A DNA stretch of 29,353 nucleotides from Promethearchaeia archaeon (GTDB lineage: Archaea; Asgardarchaeota; Lokiarchaeia; Sigyniarchaeales; SOKP01): positions 1 to 29,353 of the forward strand of contig JAHQWJ010000090.1 in NCBI GenBank assembly GCA_029856125.1, read 5' to 3'. Both the position numbers and the translations under genes were made by a program. Below the pieces are notes generated by a model. It was given only the letters and a program-made list of their open reading frames with translations, ran no database searches and had not been told where the DNA came from. Positions 27,606-29,353 of this stretch are shown here, piece after piece. The stretch's first letter is position 1; each line of letters begins with the position of its first letter.

Positions 27606-28913
27606 TTACAACTTAATAGAAAAAGGAAATTCCTTTATTTCTTCTATTTTATTCTGGTCTGGATCCATAAAATTAATAAAAATTTTAATTACATAATCTC
27701 CAGCTTCAAGTGGTTTAAGGTTAATCTCCCATTTTATATCTTCGTTAGATCTAAGTGAATATATCTGCTTATTCGTGGTCCCCCTCATAACTTTTAATTG
27801 TTCTGGAAATTCAACATCTAACTTCAAATCTAACGCTTCTCCTTCGCTCTGGTTTTCAATTGTAATCTCGAGTGGAGAAGTTTTATCCAGAAGAGGAGGT
27901 CTTAAATTTCTTATTGATGCTGTCAATGTAGCAGGAGGAGAAACCAAGTTGGGTGTTATCGATTGAGTTTCATACTGAAAAATCAAATCGTTATTTAACT
28001 CGCATGTAAGCACCATGGGACCGATACTTGAATTGTCAACTTGAAAATGAGGTTTAATTTTGAATCGTAAATGAGTTTCCTCACCTATATCTAAAAGCAA
28101 CGGGACGCTTGGTTTATTGTTTGTCGCTAAATTATCAGACAAATTTATTAAAATTTTAGTGATATTAAACTGGTTCAATTCAAACTGATAGAAAGAGTTA
28201 TTTATGATTTCCACTAAATGTTTTGTATTAAACGTTAAATCTAAATTAAGAATTTCATTTGTGGTATAAGTTTCTTTGTCTAATTTAAATGAGGTCGTAA
28301 TACTAAGCTTAGTATGTGTTATTAATAATACCAATTTTAAGAGTTTTAATTCTGCTTCTCTAAACTTGTAATTTCCAATATTATCTTTGATTTTTTTGAC
28401 ATATTTAGATTCGTTATCTCTCAAAGCCAGAGTAATTTCTGAAACAAGCTTAATCAGCTGATTTTCCTTAAAAAATTCATTATCAACTTTTTTACTTATT
28501 TTCTTTAAAAACTCCAATCCTTCGTTTGGAGTTCCTTTGACATATGAACACATGTAAGAAAGCACGGAAAAAATAACATAATTCGAGTTTCTATTCCCTT
28601 CACTCTTGAGTTTAGGAATGAGATTTAGTGCTTCCTTGTAAATTGAGTTTGCATCTCGAAAATTATTTACCCATAAACAAGCTTCTCCAGATTGTCTAAA
28701 TAACTCTATGCTGGTGTCAAAACGCCCGATTTCAGTAAAAATTTTTGCACTGTTCATGAAACAGACTTTAGCTTTTTCGTAATCATTTAATTTAAGCAAC
28801 AAATTCCCGGCTAAATGGTAAGTTTTACCAGCTTTTTTAAATTGCTTCGCTCTATACAGTTGCTTAGCTTTTAGTATCTGTTTTTCAACAACTAATCTTT
28901 GGTCCTTTCCCAT
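27606..28913 (-). CDS. SNAP-like TPR solenoid plus two C-terminal Ig-like beta-sandwich domains
   Basis: N-terminal repeats AKQFKKAGKTYHLAGNLLLKL and AKVCFMNSAKIFTEIGRFDTS. C-terminal beta-rich domains such as LEITIENQSEGEALDLKLDVEFPEQL...WEINLKPLEAGDYVI. No signal peptide or TM. Confidence 0.65.
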   Translation of the reverse strand: MGKDQRLVVEKQILKAKQLYRAKQFKKAGKTYHLAGNLLLKLNDYEKAKVCFMNSAKIFTEIGRFDTSIELFRQSGEACLWVNNFRDANSIYKEALNLIPKLKSEGNRNSNYVIFSVLSYMCSYVKGTPNEGLEFLKKISKKVDNEFFKENQLIKLVSEITLALRDNESKYVKKIKDNIGNYKFREAELKLLKLVLLITHTKLSITTSFKLDKETYTTNEILNLDLTFNTKHLVEIINNSFYQFELNQFNITKILINLSDNLATNNKPSVPLLLDIGEETHLRFKIKPHFQVDNSSIGPMVLTCELNNDLIFQYETQSITPNLVSPPATLTASIRNLRPPLLDKTSPLEITIENQSEGEALDLKLDVEFPEQLKVMRGTTNKQIYSLRSNEDIKWEINLKPLEAGDYVIKIFINFMDPDQNKIEEIKEFPFSIKL

Positions 28914-29005
28914 TCTAAAATAATCACTATTATATTAAATTAAACGTGAAATTAATAATTGAGGGATTGTTTTGACTTTTTAGCACTTAGAAGTCTTTTG
29001 AAATT

Positions 29006-29015
29006 AAAAAAAAAA
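29006..29015 (-). terminator. Oligo(T) terminator
   Basis: A10 on the plus strand just downstream of the minus-strand stop at 29022. Confidence 0.45.
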
Positions 29016-29021
29016 TTAAGA

Positions 29022-29353
29022 TTAAAAAGCCATTAAGAGAAGAATAAATGCCACCATGATGATTGTTCCACTAACACCAGACACCCATGAAAAGATTACA
29101 AACCCAATGATGAGTACAACCCACCATGAATAAGGTATTTTGATATCGATTTTATCAAATAGCGTTAGAAGTAAAATAATACCAAAAATAATCCCCACTA
29201 TTGCCAAGGCAATATTTCCCCCTAGAATAAACATTATTGCTTCATATATTAAATAACAAGCACCAATCAATGCTACTATTTTTGAGGCGGCGTACGATTT
29301 CTTCTGACTTAAAATCTCTATTATTGCTGCAGTTATTACTAAAATCCCCGCTA
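29022..29353 (-). CDS. Integral membrane protein, 3' part; extends beyond the window
   Basis: The frame stays open from the window end (AGILVITAAIIEILSQKKSYAASKIVALIGACYL...) to the stop at 29022, with several hydrophobic helices. Confidence 0.7.
   Translation of the reverse strand, partial: AGILVITAAIIEILSQKKSYAASKIVALIGACYLIYEAIMFILGGNIALAIVGIIFGIILLLTLFDKIDIKIPYSWWVVLIIGFVIFSWVSGVSGTIIMVAFILLLMAF

Noticed and set aside
2145-27966. Short opposite-strand ORFs of 60-135 aa (for example 2145-2483, 5341-5643, 11152-11505, 22037-22354, 25358-25765)
   Set aside because: All lie antisense to well-supported genes and show no recognisable motifs.

Overview
This is an AT-rich, gene-dense archaeal window whose gene content points to Asgard archaea, most likely Lokiarchaeia (inferred from gene families, not from a marker-gene search). 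I found about 20 CDS and no tRNA, rRNA, CRISPR array or mobile element. Housekeeping genes: partial eS25-like ribosomal protein (missed by the ORF track), ATP-dependent DNA ligase, HisC-like aminotransferase, AMP phosphorylase and an M24 Xaa-Pro peptidase. Metabolic genes: a form IV RuBisCO-like protein and a minus-strand run of ferredoxin, atypical AOR-family oxidoreductase and acetone-carboxylase-like AcxABC. Eukaryote-like genes: a Bud23/WBSCR22-like rRNA methyltransferase, a longin plus tandem winged-helix (NPRL2-like) protein coupled to a 1427-aa single-pass surface protein, a Zn-ribbon plus tandem-longin protein, a gelsolin-domain protein, a SNAP-like TPR plus Ig protein and three HEAT-LRR paralogs. 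Best candidates for an undescribed system: (1) the surface receptor plus longin-wHTH adaptor pair and (2) the atypical AOR plus Acx-like catabolic module. Two genes have in-frame N-terminal domains with no ATG/GTG/TTG start, suggesting ATT/ATC initiation or a shifty-stop frameshift. All family assignments come from motif recognition by eye; no searches were run.
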